This document shows, piece by piece, positions 1 through 10,844 of a stretch of DNA of 20,000 bases; positions within the stretch are counted from its first letter, which is position 1, and each line of letters begins with the position of its first letter. Made by a program: the position numbers and the translations under genes. The DNA is from Stramenopiles sp. TOSAG23-3. Lineage: Eukaryota. Below the pieces are notes generated by a model, which was not told the DNA's origin, searched no databases, and saw nothing but the letters and a program-made list of their open reading frames with translations. The stretch spans positions 50,752 to 70,751 of the forward strand of contig LT642150.1 of the NCBI GenBank assembly GCA_900128585.1. The letters run 5' to 3'.

Positions 1-1898
1 GGCACACCGGAATACCCGCTGTGCGGTATTTCTAGCGAACTGTGCTTCATCCCATAAAAAAAGTAAATAAAAAATCCAATCAAACTCCAAATGCACATCC
101 GGTAAAATGCACTAACTGGTAAACTCATTATCAAGTGCATATTAAATGTGATTCCGATGCAGGGAAACCATGGCACGAAAGGGCACTGGAAAGAACAGAT
201 GCACTCCGCCTGTTCACATTGAGAAAGTTTGTACACTACGGCAAACGATGCAATTCCAAACAGTGCAACCGCGTAAGACTTAGACTTACTCTGCGTATTG
301 GATACCCATACAAGGTTCATGAAAAATGACAGAACGAAAAAACTTACAATCAAAAGGGCCTCGCTGCCTAGCTTTTTGCCGCCTTCGGAAATTATTCGCG
401 TACTATCCGCATTCGCGATACCACCAGAATCAGTAGGGAAAGGGCATGAGTCCCCCTTTTCCCCAGCTTCTTTCACACCCATGTCACCTCGAACCGCGGG
501 GTCCGCCGCTAAGTCTTCTTGTTTTGTTTCGGCCATTTGGCTTGAGACAACTTCAAATCGCAAAATTAACACGCTAAGACATACGACTGTGAAGGCCATC
601 AAAGTGCCAATGGAGATCATGTCTGTTAACGTGTCGATATCAAAAAATACTGCCATGGTTGCAGCTCCGATTCCAGTGACTATAGTTCCGAACACAGGTA
701 CTCGAGAAACTTTCGACAATGTCGAAAAACTTTCAAAGAGCAATCCGTCCTTTGACATTCTGTAGAAAATTCTAGGTTGCCCGAATAAAGAGCATAAAGT
801 CGTGGCCGTCAGAGTGGTCGTAGAGCCAAAAGCAACGATAGAGCTCGCCCAGTGCATATTGACGGTCATAAAGGCATGAGACAATGGCGCGTCGACGTTT
901 AAATCTAGGTAATTCACCATGCCGGTAACAACCAACCCGACGGCAATGTACAAAACGGTAACAATCGCCAGTGTGGCAACTATACCTCGAGGTAGGTCCC
1001 GCTGCGGGTTCTTCATCTCTTCTGAAAGGGTGCAAACACAGTCGAATCCAATAAATGAAAAAAATACAAAGCCGGCGCCAGAAAACACCCCACGCATTCC
1101 ATATGGCATAAACGGTTCCCAGTTTGCCGTCTGAACTTTGGTACTCCCCGCCAGCACAATAAATCCAACGATTGCCATGTTTAGGATGGTAATTACTACG
1201 TTCATTTTTGACGATTCCTTTACTCCAGTGAGCAAAACCACTGAACAGGCAGCAATGATAAGCCCTGCCAGTGGCGAGGCACTAGTCAACATTGGAGGAT
1301 ACCCTAACACAATATCATACGTCCACAACGGTGGCCGGATGCCTATTGACAGCAAAAACTGAACGAAATAGTTGCTCCATCCCCGCGCAATAGCGGCGGC
1401 ACTTATGCCATATTCCAGTGTTAAATTCCATCCAATGAACCACGCAATCCCTTCCCCGACACTCGCATAAGCGTAACTGTAAGCACTGCCACTCACCGGT
1501 ACCCGTGCGGCAAATTCAGCGTAGCAGAAAGCACTAAATAAGCAGGCCAACGCAGCCACCGTAAAGGACAGAGAGACTGCCGGACCGGCAAAATCTCGAG
1601 CCGCCTTTCCAGTGACAACAAAGAGCCCTGCCCCAACAGTCGAACCTATCCCGTAAGCTATCACGTCCGTTAGAGACAAGGTTCGATTCAAACCATTACC
1701 CGAAGAATCCTCTTCCTTTTGTTCTTTCAACATCATGGCAATAGGTTTTACACGAAAGCAACGGCTTGTAGAGCAGGCATGGAATAAATACTGCACCACA
1801 GTATTCCGCTTATTACTACCCATCGTCTCCACGCTTCTATTGTCGTTAAGTACGTGGGCGTTGTTGAGCCTTTTCCTTGGTCCAAATGAACCATACAT
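1..1898 (-). CDS. Cationic amino acid transporter (APC superfamily, CAT/SLC7 family); 3' end truncated by the window edge
   Basis: Manual minus-strand translation, missing from the ORF track because no stop lies in the window. First ATG after an in-frame TAG is at 1898 (alternative ATG at 1823). Hallmark motifs in one frame: LNRTLSLTDVIAYGIGSTVGAGLFVVTG, AGPAVSLSF, CYAEFAARVPVSGSAYSY, IGWNLTLEY, GQPRIFYRMSKDGLL, DMISIGTLMAF, FQCPFVPWFP and C-terminal YFFYGMKHS. Confidence 0.95.
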   Translation of the reverse strand, partial: MYGSFGPRKRLNNAHVLNDNRSVETMGSNKRNTVVQYLFHACSTSRCFRVKPIAMMLKEQKEEDSSGNGLNRTLSLTDVIAYGIGSTVGAGLFVVTGKAARDFAGPAVSLSFTVAALACLFSAFCYAEFAARVPVSGSAYSYAYASVGEGIAWFIGWNLTLEYGISAAAIARGWSNYFVQFLLSIGIRPPLWTYDIVLGYPPMLTSASPLAGLIIAACSVVLLTGVKESSKMNVVITILNMAIVGFIVLAGSTKVQTANWEPFMPYGMRGVFSGAGFVFFSFIGFDCVCTLSEEMKNPQRDLPRGIVATLAIVTVLYIAVGLVVTGMVNYLDLNVDAPLSHAFMTVNMHWASSIVAFGSTTTLTATTLCSLFGQPRIFYRMSKDGLLFESFSTLSKVSRVPVFGTIVTGIGAATMAVFFDIDTLTDMISIGTLMAFTVVCLSVLILRFEVVSSQMAETKQEDLAADPAVRGDMGVKEAGEKGDSCPFPTDSGGIANADSTRIISEGGKKLGSEALLIVSFFVLSFFMNLVWVSNTQSKSKSYAVALFGIASFAVVYKLSQCEQAECICSFQCPFVPWFPCIGITFNMHLIMSLPVSAFYRMCIWSLIGFFIYFFYGMKHSSLEIPHSGYSGV

Positions 1899-2412
1899 CC
1901 TGTCCGTGAGCAACTAACGCCTTCGATTGGCAATTACGATTATTGTTGTTGGAAATTCTGTGTAGCAACACAGATAAACAGGCAAATAGTAGACACGAAC
2001 CGTTCGTTGATTGCTACTATTAGTAGAGGAGAAGAAAAAAGTCATGCGTAAAATAAATAAATCGATTTTAATAATAATTTTTTTTTTTGGTTGAGTGGTA
2101 TTGTTGGTTGTTGGTATAATCCACAATAGTTACAACAACCAGTTACGGTATAATAGATAATATTATACCAGTTATAATAAAATATAATACAACCACCACC
2201 AACAACAACAAAGAAGGGTGGAATGCATCTAATAGATCCTCGTAGACTAAACACAACAATTCTTCTTTTTTCTTCTTTTTTTCTGCTGCGTCGTCCGAGA
2301 AGAACGTGTTCTGCTGACAGGGGACGACAGCATCAGCAAACATCAACAAGAAAAAATGTTGTTTGTTACAAAATTGTATTACGCATTTTGGGATTTTTAT
2401 TAATATTATTGA

Positions 2413-3954
2413 TTAATACCTCATGGTCTGCAGAAGCAGTGCATCTTCGTCGTCTCCATCGTCTCGCAGGAGCTGATCAAACTCATCGATAGTACTAGCT
2501 TCTTCCGTTAGACGCGGCAAAATGACCGTGAGTATTCGACGGCGAGTCATGAACAGACGCAGTGCACTGAACGTCCACAGTGACGCCCATAAAAACGGTG
2601 AGTAGTGAAACTCATAAAAGGCAGCCCCTACGCACAAAATAAAGGGTATGCTGGACACAATGGTTGCGTTCAGAAGAAATCGAAAATCCAAAGATGCAAA
2701 AAGCAGGGACTCGTACACTTTCAAAACAATCGTCGTGGTTTCTGTGGCAAGAAACAAGATCATGCCCAACCAGCTGGTCATGCCCGCGGCATCGGCCAAC
2801 TCTTCCCCGAGCATGTACGGTGCCAACAGGATGGAGATCACTGATGCAAGCAGTCCCATAAAGAAACCAGCCGTGGGAAGCTTTTCTGCCAAGGTTTGAA
2901 AGTCATATGGATTATAAACACGGTAAATTTCATTCAAATACTTACATGCGACGACAATGATAGAGCACCCTAGTGCGCGTCCACACACACCAGGTATGTT
3001 GCGGAGTCGGCGGATCACTTCAAAAGCAGAATTAACGGTCCACTTCCATTTCTCGCTGTCGGCATCAAATATTAAAGTGACTGTAGCATCAATGAAAAGT
3101 AAGATGCAGGCTCGAAGGCCCATGACCAAAGAGTCCTCCCACATTTCGGATCTCACCTCATTGTAAAGGTGGTCGTCTCCGCGACACCAAAAAAAGCAAA
3201 AACGGCAAGGCGGGGAACAGTTTTCCTTGTCTTGGGAGGTTATCTCGGCGAGGGCGGCCTTCAGTCTGTGGGAGCGAAGGGCCCGCTTGTACATGTAATA
3301 CGCAGCGACGCTTGCGATTAGATCGGACACGGCGACCCCAAGCAAGCCGATTTTAAAGACATATAAAGACAACAGCACCCCAGCCACCCACAATACTGAC
3401 TGGATTGAGAACACCCATAATATCAGATCAACCCGGTGAATGCCAAGGAAGACGGGGAATGCGCACGCGACGACTACGACGCGGAAGGGCAAGGCAAAAA
3501 ATCTAATCAACAAGTGGACCCACAGACACATGTACGGAGAGTCGGCATCGCAGAATCGTTTATGCTTGAGAGGCGAAAATAATTCCTTGGGCACGACCTC
3601 CATATGACCCGCAAACTGCAACAATACGACCGCCGCTGCGGCAATTATTGACCCGTAGAAACTGATCACATGAGCAATGCGAATTCTTGTAGCAACGACC
3701 TTCTTCTGCCCAATAGCCTCGTCGCTGGCGATTCTTGACGCGATAGGCTCTAACATCATCACTGCAAAAAAATTAATGATATGCCGTAGCACAAAATCCG
3801 CATAGTCAAATTCATACAACCCAAAGTCTTTCAATTCATCCTCTAAACAAACCCGCACAATGTGGTCAGCAACGTGTTTTAACAGGCCAATAAAGAGCAT
3901 AAAAATCAAAAACTTCACCAGCCTCTCGCCCATCCCCCCAAACGCAGATTTCAT
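2413..3954 (-). CDS. Divergent MATE/MOP-superfamily multi-pass membrane transporter (about 513 aa)
   Basis: Long hydrophobic ORF; first ATG at 3954 (the track starts at TTG 3975). Two halves show MATE-like patterns: LLIRFFALPF, VFKIGLLGVAVSDLIAS, VYESLLFASLDFRFL, LWASLWTFSALR. Family assigned by motif resemblance only. Confidence 0.7.
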   Translation of the reverse strand: MKSAFGGMGERLVKFLIFMLFIGLLKHVADHIVRVCLEDELKDFGLYEFDYADFVLRHIINFFAVMMLEPIASRIASDEAIGQKKVVATRIRIAHVISFYGSIIAAAAVVLLQFAGHMEVVPKELFSPLKHKRFCDADSPYMCLWVHLLIRFFALPFRVVVVACAFPVFLGIHRVDLILWVFSIQSVLWVAGVLLSLYVFKIGLLGVAVSDLIASVAAYYMYKRALRSHRLKAALAEITSQDKENCSPPCRFCFFWCRGDDHLYNEVRSEMWEDSLVMGLRACILLFIDATVTLIFDADSEKWKWTVNSAFEVIRRLRNIPGVCGRALGCSIIVVACKYLNEIYRVYNPYDFQTLAEKLPTAGFFMGLLASVISILLAPYMLGEELADAAGMTSWLGMILFLATETTTIVLKVYESLLFASLDFRFLLNATIVSSIPFILCVGAAFYEFHYSPFLWASLWTFSALRLFMTRRRILTVILPRLTEEASTIDEFDQLLRDDGDDEDALLLQTMRY

Positions 3955-4665
3955 GGCGTCTGACGAACTCCACAACCTCTCTCTTCGCGAGTGCCTGGTA
4001 CTCGGGGTATAACTCTAGACCTAATGTGAAAAACCTGTAAAGATCAGATGCATATGTTTCTCTTGTTTTCTTTGATTATTTACTATGCCCAATATATATA
4101 AATATTAATGCATTTAGAGTAAAATATAATATTAAAAAGAATGTTTGAATTTTGAATTGGTGATAATAATAATAAATTCATATTATTATTATTATTATTA
4201 TCATCACACCTCTACTTATTATTTATTAATAATCAGCTTATTCAACAAGTGTTGCTGTGTTTTGTTGTAAACGAAGGAGAGAGAGAGGTGGAGGAGATGA
4301 GATTGATGAAGGAAGGAGGAGGAGTGACAAAAAAATAAAGGTTGTTTTTTTAAAAAGGCTTTAAATGTACATTGGATTTATTATAGAATATTGTATTAAT
4401 AATGATGAGATAGTCGTCTTCTATCGTAGTCTCGATTCTATTATTATTTTAATAGTGTCTTCTACTGTACTATTAATATTAATACGTACGACGCATCAAT
4501 TATTTCATTATTTTATATTTATCAATTTTATTAATAATTTGAAAAAATACATCAATTGTTCTTCTAATAATAATGTAATATTATAATACCTTGGTAATAG
4601 GGAAGACAATATTAAATAACAACATCACAGAGCATTAAATACCATTTATATTAATAGCTAATATA

Positions 4666-4685
4666 CGTACCGTACCGTACCGTAC
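4666..4685. repeat. (CGTAC)4 tandem repeat
   Basis: cgtac cgtac cgtac cgtac read directly. Confidence 0.9.
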
Positions 4686-4968
4686 AGGTGCAGGAACAAC
4701 CCGAACCGAAAATAAGGTGATAGAGTAGTCAAGACAACACGTCTATTATACTACTAATTTAAAAAAAAACATCAAAACATTTTTTTATTAAATTCTTCTA
4801 TAAAATCTAATATTTTGTGTTCTTTACACATATTGATTACTGAAAAATATATTTAATCAAATTAGTAATACGAAAGCATGAAAATGTAGAATCCAAGAGC
4901 CAGGCCCATTAAGGAAGGGAACGAACAAGATTCATCCTATTCCACTTCTGGGGACACTGCGGTTTCGT

Positions 4969-6222
4969 CTAGCACTTCCATATTCTGCACGTGTTATCTT
5001 TGGATCCGGTAATGATCGTGTCTCCCTCGTAATTAAATGCACAACTAAAAATTTCATCGGTGTGGCCCTCGAGCACTTGCAAACAATCGCCAGACTCCAC
5101 TTCCCATATTCGTGCAGACTTGTCACTACTGGCGGTCAATATTTTCGTGCCTTGGGGGTTGAAACAAACTTTCGAGATTTCACCCTCGTGGCCAATCAGA
5201 ATTGCTTGGCAGGCCCCTGTCTGGGTGTTGTAAACCCGAGACGTCCCGTCGGCCGAGGCGGTCACAAGTTTGCTGCCCGTGGCGTTGAACCCAACGTCCA
5301 AGATTTCATCGTTGTGGCCCCTCAGGGTCTGCATGCACTCGCCAGTTTTGACGTTCCATATTTTGCAGGTACGATCGATCGAACCGCTAATTGCAAACGA
5401 ACTACTGTAATTAAATTGGGTGCTCGAAATTTCACCGTGGTGGCCACTTAAGGTGTGGATACACTTTCCTGTCCCGACATCCCACAATTTGATCGTGTGG
5501 TCGAACGAGCCGGTGATGACTTGCGTTCCATCTGTGTTAAAATTCAGACTCACGATCTCGGCTGTGTGCCCTAAAAGGGTGTGCACCTCCTTTCCAGAGT
5601 TCACATCCCACAACTTGGCGGTATTGTCCATAGATCCGGTAGCAACCAGGCTTCCTTGCGGGTTGAACGCGAGGCAGACGATTTCCGTCGCGTGGCCGCG
5701 GTAGGTGTGGTAAAGAGTGCCTGTCTCCGCGCTCCATAGCTTGCACGTTTTGTCGAACGACCCGGTGATAATTTTGTCCCCGTACGGGTTGTTAAATGCG
5801 ATCGCATACACTACATTTTTATGCCCTTCTAATGCCAGAAGCTCTTCGCCTGACACGGTGTCCCACACTTTGCAAGTACGGTCGTAACTCCCGGTGATAA
5901 ACTTGTCGCCAGACTTGTTGAAGGCGCAGTTCGTCAAAGGCAGTATGTGCGCTCTCAAAATTTTGAAAAGGTAAAAGTCTTGCGTCTCGTTCGCTTCCAA
6001 CTTTTCGATTAATTTGTAAATCAGCCTTCGCAGCTGGGGCTTGCGGGTAGGCTTGATAAGCGGTTGCTCAAAAACAATCTGGTTCACTAAGACTTCTACA
6101 TCAGTTTCTGCGGTCAGGTGCAACAAAGGTATCTCTTTTGTCCCTTGAGTCCCATCTCGCAGGGCATATTCAAGAATAATGCCCGGTGGGTAATAACGTA
6201 TTAAGAAACGTTTTAGTTTCAT
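4969..6222 (-). CDS. DAW1: Dynein assembly factor with WD repeats 1 (ODA16/WDR69), IFT adaptor for outer dynein arms
   Basis: 417 aa. Diagnostic N-terminus [19 protein letters not shown], then [33 protein letters not shown] and eight WD40 repeats ending [13 protein letters not shown]. Confidence 0.97.
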   Translation of the reverse strand: MKLKRFLIRYYPPGIILEYALRDGTQGTKEIPLLHLTAETDVEVLVNQIVFEQPLIKPTRKPQLRRLIYKLIEKLEANETQDFYLFKILRAHILPLTNCAFNKSGDKFITGSYDRTCKVWDTVSGEELLALEGHKNVVYAIAFNNPYGDKIITGSFDKTCKLWSAETGTLYHTYRGHATEIVCLAFNPQGSLVATGSMDNTAKLWDVNSGKEVHTLLGHTAEIVSLNFNTDGTQVITGSFDHTIKLWDVGTGKCIHTLSGHHGEISSTQFNYSSSFAISGSIDRTCKIWNVKTGECMQTLRGHNDEILDVGFNATGSKLVTASADGTSRVYNTQTGACQAILIGHEGEISKVCFNPQGTKILTASSDKSARIWEVESGDCLQVLEGHTDEIFSCAFNYEGDTIITGSKDNTCRIWKC

Positions 6223-7030
6223 CTTGTGTGCAAACGGGTTCGGTGGAAGGTCTTGCTACACAATTCACGTTCGAAGCTTTCCTGCTTACTTGGTTGTGCT
6301 TCTTTTTCCAATCTTCTGGTCATCCATTGCGTTTGAAGCATATGTATTGAATAGAGATGAAACTCTCTCACTTTCTTTTGATCTTCTATTAATTATTATT
6401 ATTATTATTAATTCACCACCCACCACCACCACACCACATCATTTATTTTTATTTATTTTATTATAATTATTTCGCGCGCGGCGGGGACAGCAACAATGAA
6501 CAACGAACAACAAAATTCAATGCTCCTCCCTCACACCAACACTCCTCCTCCTCCTCTAAGAAATTCCTTTTGTATTAAGGGTAAGTATATAATTTAGACA
6601 CTGTATAATTTTTATTATAGTGTATTAAAGTTATAATTTAAAGTACAATGTACAATTGACATTGAATATAATTTAAATATTCCTTACTTGATAAGGTATA
6701 TATATATATGTCTATTTGGCAGAAAGAAAGAAAAAATCAAAAGAGAAAAAAAAGATATGTTTAAATTATGCTGTGTTCCTATATTAAAATATGTATTATA
6801 TGGTGATATATAGGAAAAGTTTCCGAGATACAGTATCATAGTATAGGTCTCTGCGTAATCGTATTTTTTAGAGAGGACTTTGTAATTTATTATTAACTAA
6901 CTATACGTAAGGAATGGTTGAATTTTGAATAGATAGACACAGCAGTTCTTTGTATTTGTAAATACATTAAATAGCATCCAGATTTTGATACATTTTAAAT
7001 TCAAAATCCCTTGATGATGACAACATTCCT

Positions 7031-7032
7031 TT

Positions 7033-7088
<56 letters not shown>

Positions 7089-7090
7089 TC
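7031..7090. repeat. (TTTC)15 microsatellite
   Basis: Perfect 60-bp tetranucleotide run. Confidence 0.98.
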
Positions 7091-7777
7091 CTCCGTCCTC
7101 GATTCAAAATCAAAATATAATAAAATTCGTATTATTTTTCTTCTATTATTTTTTGTCTATTTTATACTGTTGTAATGTAATACTGTAGTGCTATTTATTG
7201 CATTCCGCTGTTGAATTCTTTTGATTCCATTTATAGTACTATTAATTACATTGTGCTTGCTTTTGATCATTTATTTTGTATGTACATATATAATTAAATA
7301 AGCCTATATACTGTATTACTGTATATTATTATACAAAATATTTTTATGCTTTTCAAAACATGATGATGATTATGATGGATTAGCAGATCCCTATTACATT
7401 GCTATTATATTATAAATAATGCGAAGTATAGTATACTTGATATCTAATTTCTATATAATCTATATAGGTATATATACTTTGGCGCACTTTCTTCTTTCTT
7501 GTTGTTGTACAATGTTTGTTCCTTTTTTTTTCTCCTCCTCCGTCCTCCTCCTCCTGGTCCGGTCGGTCGGTCCGGTCCGTCCAGTGGTGAGAGGGCGAAT
7601 TTGTCCAGGTTGTCTTTTTTTACGAATCGATTTAATAACCCTAACTTTTATCTACATCGTAGTTTACTTCATTTGAACGAATAGAAGAGCGAAAAGGTAG
7701 GACAGTCGAACTTCAGATTTTTCCCAAGGTCAGCACAACGCAGTTTGAATAAAGAAAACAGACCTTTAGAATTACAA

Positions 7778-9730
7778 ATGTCTTCCATCGCAGCACCCGT
7801 CTCTACCCCGAGGGGGTCGTTCCGCAGTGCAAAGCGCGCTATGCGTCGTATAGACGGAGAAACCTATATTGTTACGTTGCGGCATGAAGAGGATAGCCCG
7901 AACGTCTCGTTGGACGTGTACTCTAGTGGTGACTCAAGAACTGTGACAATTGAAAATAAGAAAGCGTTAGATGAAACCACGAACGATATGATAAGCAGGG
8001 CGGTGGACGAGGTCCACATGACGCGCTTGCTGGCTTTGAAAGCGAAAACGCAGGCGGAGCTGGCCGAAGCCGTTGCCCTTTATAGAGAATGGGAAAACAA
8101 CAAACTCCCGCCCTCGCTCGAGGCGGCGATCAAATTGGCGCCCACACATATCCACATGCGCATAGATTTAGCCCGCGCGAGGTTCAAGCTAGAGCAGTAC
8201 CACATATGTATTAGCCAGTGCAAGCGAGTGGTGGCAGCAGCGCGCTTGCCGTCCGCGAAACTTTTTGGTTCCAGGCAGAGCGAAACGGTGGCAACTGTGG
8301 TATCGAATGCCTACGAGCTAATGGGGGATGCCCTGCAGCACATGGGTCCTTCAAAGGCTGCCCGGGCGATGAATGTTTATCTGCTCGCGCTGCGAGAAAA
8401 CCCTTCCAATCCCACGGCAAGGCCAAAATTAGAGCTTCTCCATGCAAAGTTAAGTGCTGGGGCAAAAGCACCCGAAGGCAAAACCAACGAAGGGCCGGGA
8501 GGGAAAGTTGAAGAGCAGCAGGTCGGCGAATCAACGAAATCGGACGGCAGGGCACACACCCGCGAAATTGAAGACTTGCTGTCGCACCACGACCTCGTAG
8601 ACAATTCTCACAACTTTAAGTTCCAATGCACGATGTGCGGCGAGTGCTGCCGGCAAGCGGACAATATCCTGTTGACGCCAATAGATGTCTGGCTGATGGC
8701 ACGGTCCAGCGGCCTCGGGAATGTGCATGGGATTCACACGACAATTCAATTGCGAAAGAAATTCAAAAAAGCCTTTCACTGGACGTCTAAGGACGGCTTG
8801 CCAGTGTGCTATTTGCGCCCGTTAAAGGCGAAGGACGGCCGGTGTCACTTTTCTTTTCCCTTGTACAGGAAGAACGGGAAGCTACTGAGCTATTCTGAGT
8901 CTACCAAATTGAAACTAGACGTAGAGGAAGAGTACGTTCCGGTATCCCCAGACGAATACAACATTACCGAGGAAGAGGAGAAAGCTGCCATGGATAGTTT
9001 AAATCTAAGCGACTCAGACGATGATGGCGAGGCTGGAGACGAAGAGGAAGATGAAGATGCGTCCAGCGACGACGATGGGGGGCGCCAGCCATCCGATTTG
9101 AGTGGCCACAGAAGAAGAAAGCGGGGGATGCGGCCGAAAGGAGAAGGTCAGGCCGATGCGGTGTGGAATAGTTACGGCCGCCATGCGCTAGGGTGCATGT
9201 TGGGTATGGAGAACATGCCTCACATGTGTTCGGGCTACCCTGTGGCCCAGGAGTTGTCTTGGGCGGACTTTTGGCACGTGCGTGACCCTAATACGGTTGG
9301 GGCTGCAAAACACGCAGACGGCGAAAAGATAGTCATCGTTCGCACAGACGCCTGCGAAGGTTTCTTTACTGACGAACAGCTGAAGACGCAACCGTTTGAG
9401 TCCGTTGACCCTACCCCTGGGCCTATTAAAGAGAGGCCGATAAAGGAGTTCATAGACGACAATGGGTTGAAGGAGCGTTGGAACCACGTCGACTCGTTTA
9501 TGGCATTGGTACAAGAGGTAACGGACTCAAAAATTATCCCATCTTTTAAGAACGATGCAAAGAGACGGCTGCAGTTCCAGAAAGAACTTGCAGACATATG
9601 GTATAATGCTGATCGATTGGCTGGCAACCCGTCTGCCGGTCTCGAAGGCAACTGGCGAACGGTCGAAAGGGCGGTGGCTAGTGCCACCCGAACGTTGATT
9701 TCCGAGTTCAAGTCAGAAATGAAGAAGTAA
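7778..9730 (+). CDS. Uncharacterised protein: TPR-like repeats plus YkgJ-type (CxxCxxCC, putative Zn/Fe-chelating) domain, 650 aa
   Basis: First ATG at 7778 (track starts at TTG 7745). TPR-like helices: AAIKLAPTHIHMRIDLARARFKLEQY and AYELMGDALQHMG..ALRENPSNPTA. Then FKFQCTMCGECC..ILLTPIDV..GLPVCYL..CHF, later C..MPHMCSGYPV and CEGF. Confidence 0.85.
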   Translation: MSSIAAPVSTPRGSFRSAKRAMRRIDGETYIVTLRHEEDSPNVSLDVYSSGDSRTVTIENKKALDETTNDMISRAVDEVHMTRLLALKAKTQAELAEAVALYREWENNKLPPSLEAAIKLAPTHIHMRIDLARARFKLEQYHICISQCKRVVAAARLPSAKLFGSRQSETVATVVSNAYELMGDALQHMGPSKAARAMNVYLLALRENPSNPTARPKLELLHAKLSAGAKAPEGKTNEGPGGKVEEQQVGESTKSDGRAHTREIEDLLSHHDLVDNSHNFKFQCTMCGECCRQADNILLTPIDVWLMARSSGLGNVHGIHTTIQLRKKFKKAFHWTSKDGLPVCYLRPLKAKDGRCHFSFPLYRKNGKLLSYSESTKLKLDVEEEYVPVSPDEYNITEEEEKAAMDSLNLSDSDDDGEAGDEEEDEDASSDDDGGRQPSDLSGHRRRKRGMRPKGEGQADAVWNSYGRHALGCMLGMENMPHMCSGYPVAQELSWADFWHVRDPNTVGAAKHADGEKIVIVRTDACEGFFTDEQLKTQPFESVDPTPGPIKERPIKEFIDDNGLKERWNHVDSFMALVQEVTDSKIIPSFKNDAKRRLQFQKELADIWYNADRLAGNPSAGLEGNWRTVERAVASATRTLISEFKSEMKK

Positions 9731-9827
9731 GTTTAGAGGTGTCAGCGTTTAAAAATTAAAAGTGAGACTTACGAAAGTTATTTGTTTTATACTACATTGC
9801 GAGAGTATCATTTTTATTCTATTCTCT

Positions 9828-10844
9828 CTATAGCTTGGACGCAGAGTTCTCTGCGATGGAAAATGCATGGCCCGAACTCACTGCAAGGTGCCAGCGACTG
9901 TCTGGATCGACCTTTTTGTGGCTGCCGTCGTTCGAAGTATGCGGGACACGGTGGACTATTCCATCTTTTGACAAAGCTTCCAGGACCAGGTACATGTTTC
10001 CCATTGCTGGGAAGACGAGATTCTCCGGCAAACCCTGGTAAATTTGGCGCGTTAACGATTCCAGACTCCAGTATGTTTCCCCGTCTTTGGGGGGCGTTTC
10101 AAGGACTGCAACCGCCCCCCGTATGCGCTGTCGGCGATGAGATATATACTCTATTATTTTGGACGTTCCTTCCTCTACAACTGGACCATGGCCAGGGTAC
10201 AACTTCTCCGGGTTGAAGGATTTCATCCTCTGCAAAGAATTCATGTATGCATGCAGGTTCCTGAACACTGATGTGCCAGTACCCAGCACGTTGTCGGCGG
10301 TGAACATGGAGTTTTCCTCTTCTAACACCAAACATATATGGTCATTCGCGTGACCTGGAGTAAACAAAACCTTTAAAGTTGCCCCTGCAGTTGTGAGGAT
10401 TTCGCCGTCTACGACAGGGGTAAATTTGTCCTTCGGCCACATTTCATACGGGGTAATGGTCCCTTCGCCCCCAAACGATGCCTCCAATTCTTCTGGCATA
10501 TACTTTAAAACAGGAATATTGCTCCCGTGGTCCTCCAATACGCTGCTCACACCACCTAAATGGTCGTGGTGCCAGTGCGATACAACTATTTGACTAATGG
10601 ACGTACATCCGGCTTGCCTCATGCCCTCCTTAAGAGTCGTGAGGTAGTCTCGCTTCCCCTCGCCTGTATCAATAAGAATGCGACTTGATCCTGTCCCTAC
10701 CAGATATGTATTTGTCCCTTGCAGCGAATAACTTCCTGGGTTTGACCCCAAAAACCGCCATACTCGAGCAGAGAGCTGGGTTATAAGTGGAAGTTTCCCC
10801 AGAAGTTGTTTCCCCCCTTTCAAATGTGAAGCCAGAGACGACAT
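9828..10844 (-). CDS. LACTB2: LACTB2-like metallo-beta-lactamase-fold hydrolase/endoribonuclease, 338 aa
   Basis: NPGSYSLQGTNTYLVG, LIDTGEG, metal-binding SHWHHDHLGG, TPGHANDH, FTADNVLG, LYPGHGP, YISHRRQR, plus a C-terminal winged-helix-like segment. First ATG at 10844. Ends in -SKL. Confidence 0.9.
   Translation of the reverse strand: MSSLASHLKGGKQLLGKLPLITQLSARVWRFLGSNPGSYSLQGTNTYLVGTGSSRILIDTGEGKRDYLTTLKEGMRQAGCTSISQIVVSHWHHDHLGGVSSVLEDHGSNIPVLKYMPEELEASFGGEGTITPYEMWPKDKFTPVVDGEILTTAGATLKVLFTPGHANDHICLVLEEENSMFTADNVLGTGTSVFRNLHAYMNSLQRMKSFNPEKLYPGHGPVVEEGTSKIIEYISHRRQRIRGAVAVLETPPKDGETYWSLESLTRQIYQGLPENLVFPAMGNMYLVLEALSKDGIVHRVPHTSNDGSHKKVDPDSRWHLAVSSGHAFSIAENSASKL

Noticed and set aside
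135..1362. Several plus-strand and short minus-strand ORFs in the track
   Set aside because: They are antisense or alternate-frame shadows of the amino acid transporter CDS. The same applies to the short ORFs overlapping the other genes.
1914..2349. Hydrophobic low-complexity ORFs in AT-rich spacers (also 4365, 6224, 7419, 10911, 13248, 15766-16224)
   Set aside because: They arise from ATT/CTT/CAA simple repeats and lack coding-like composition or motifs.
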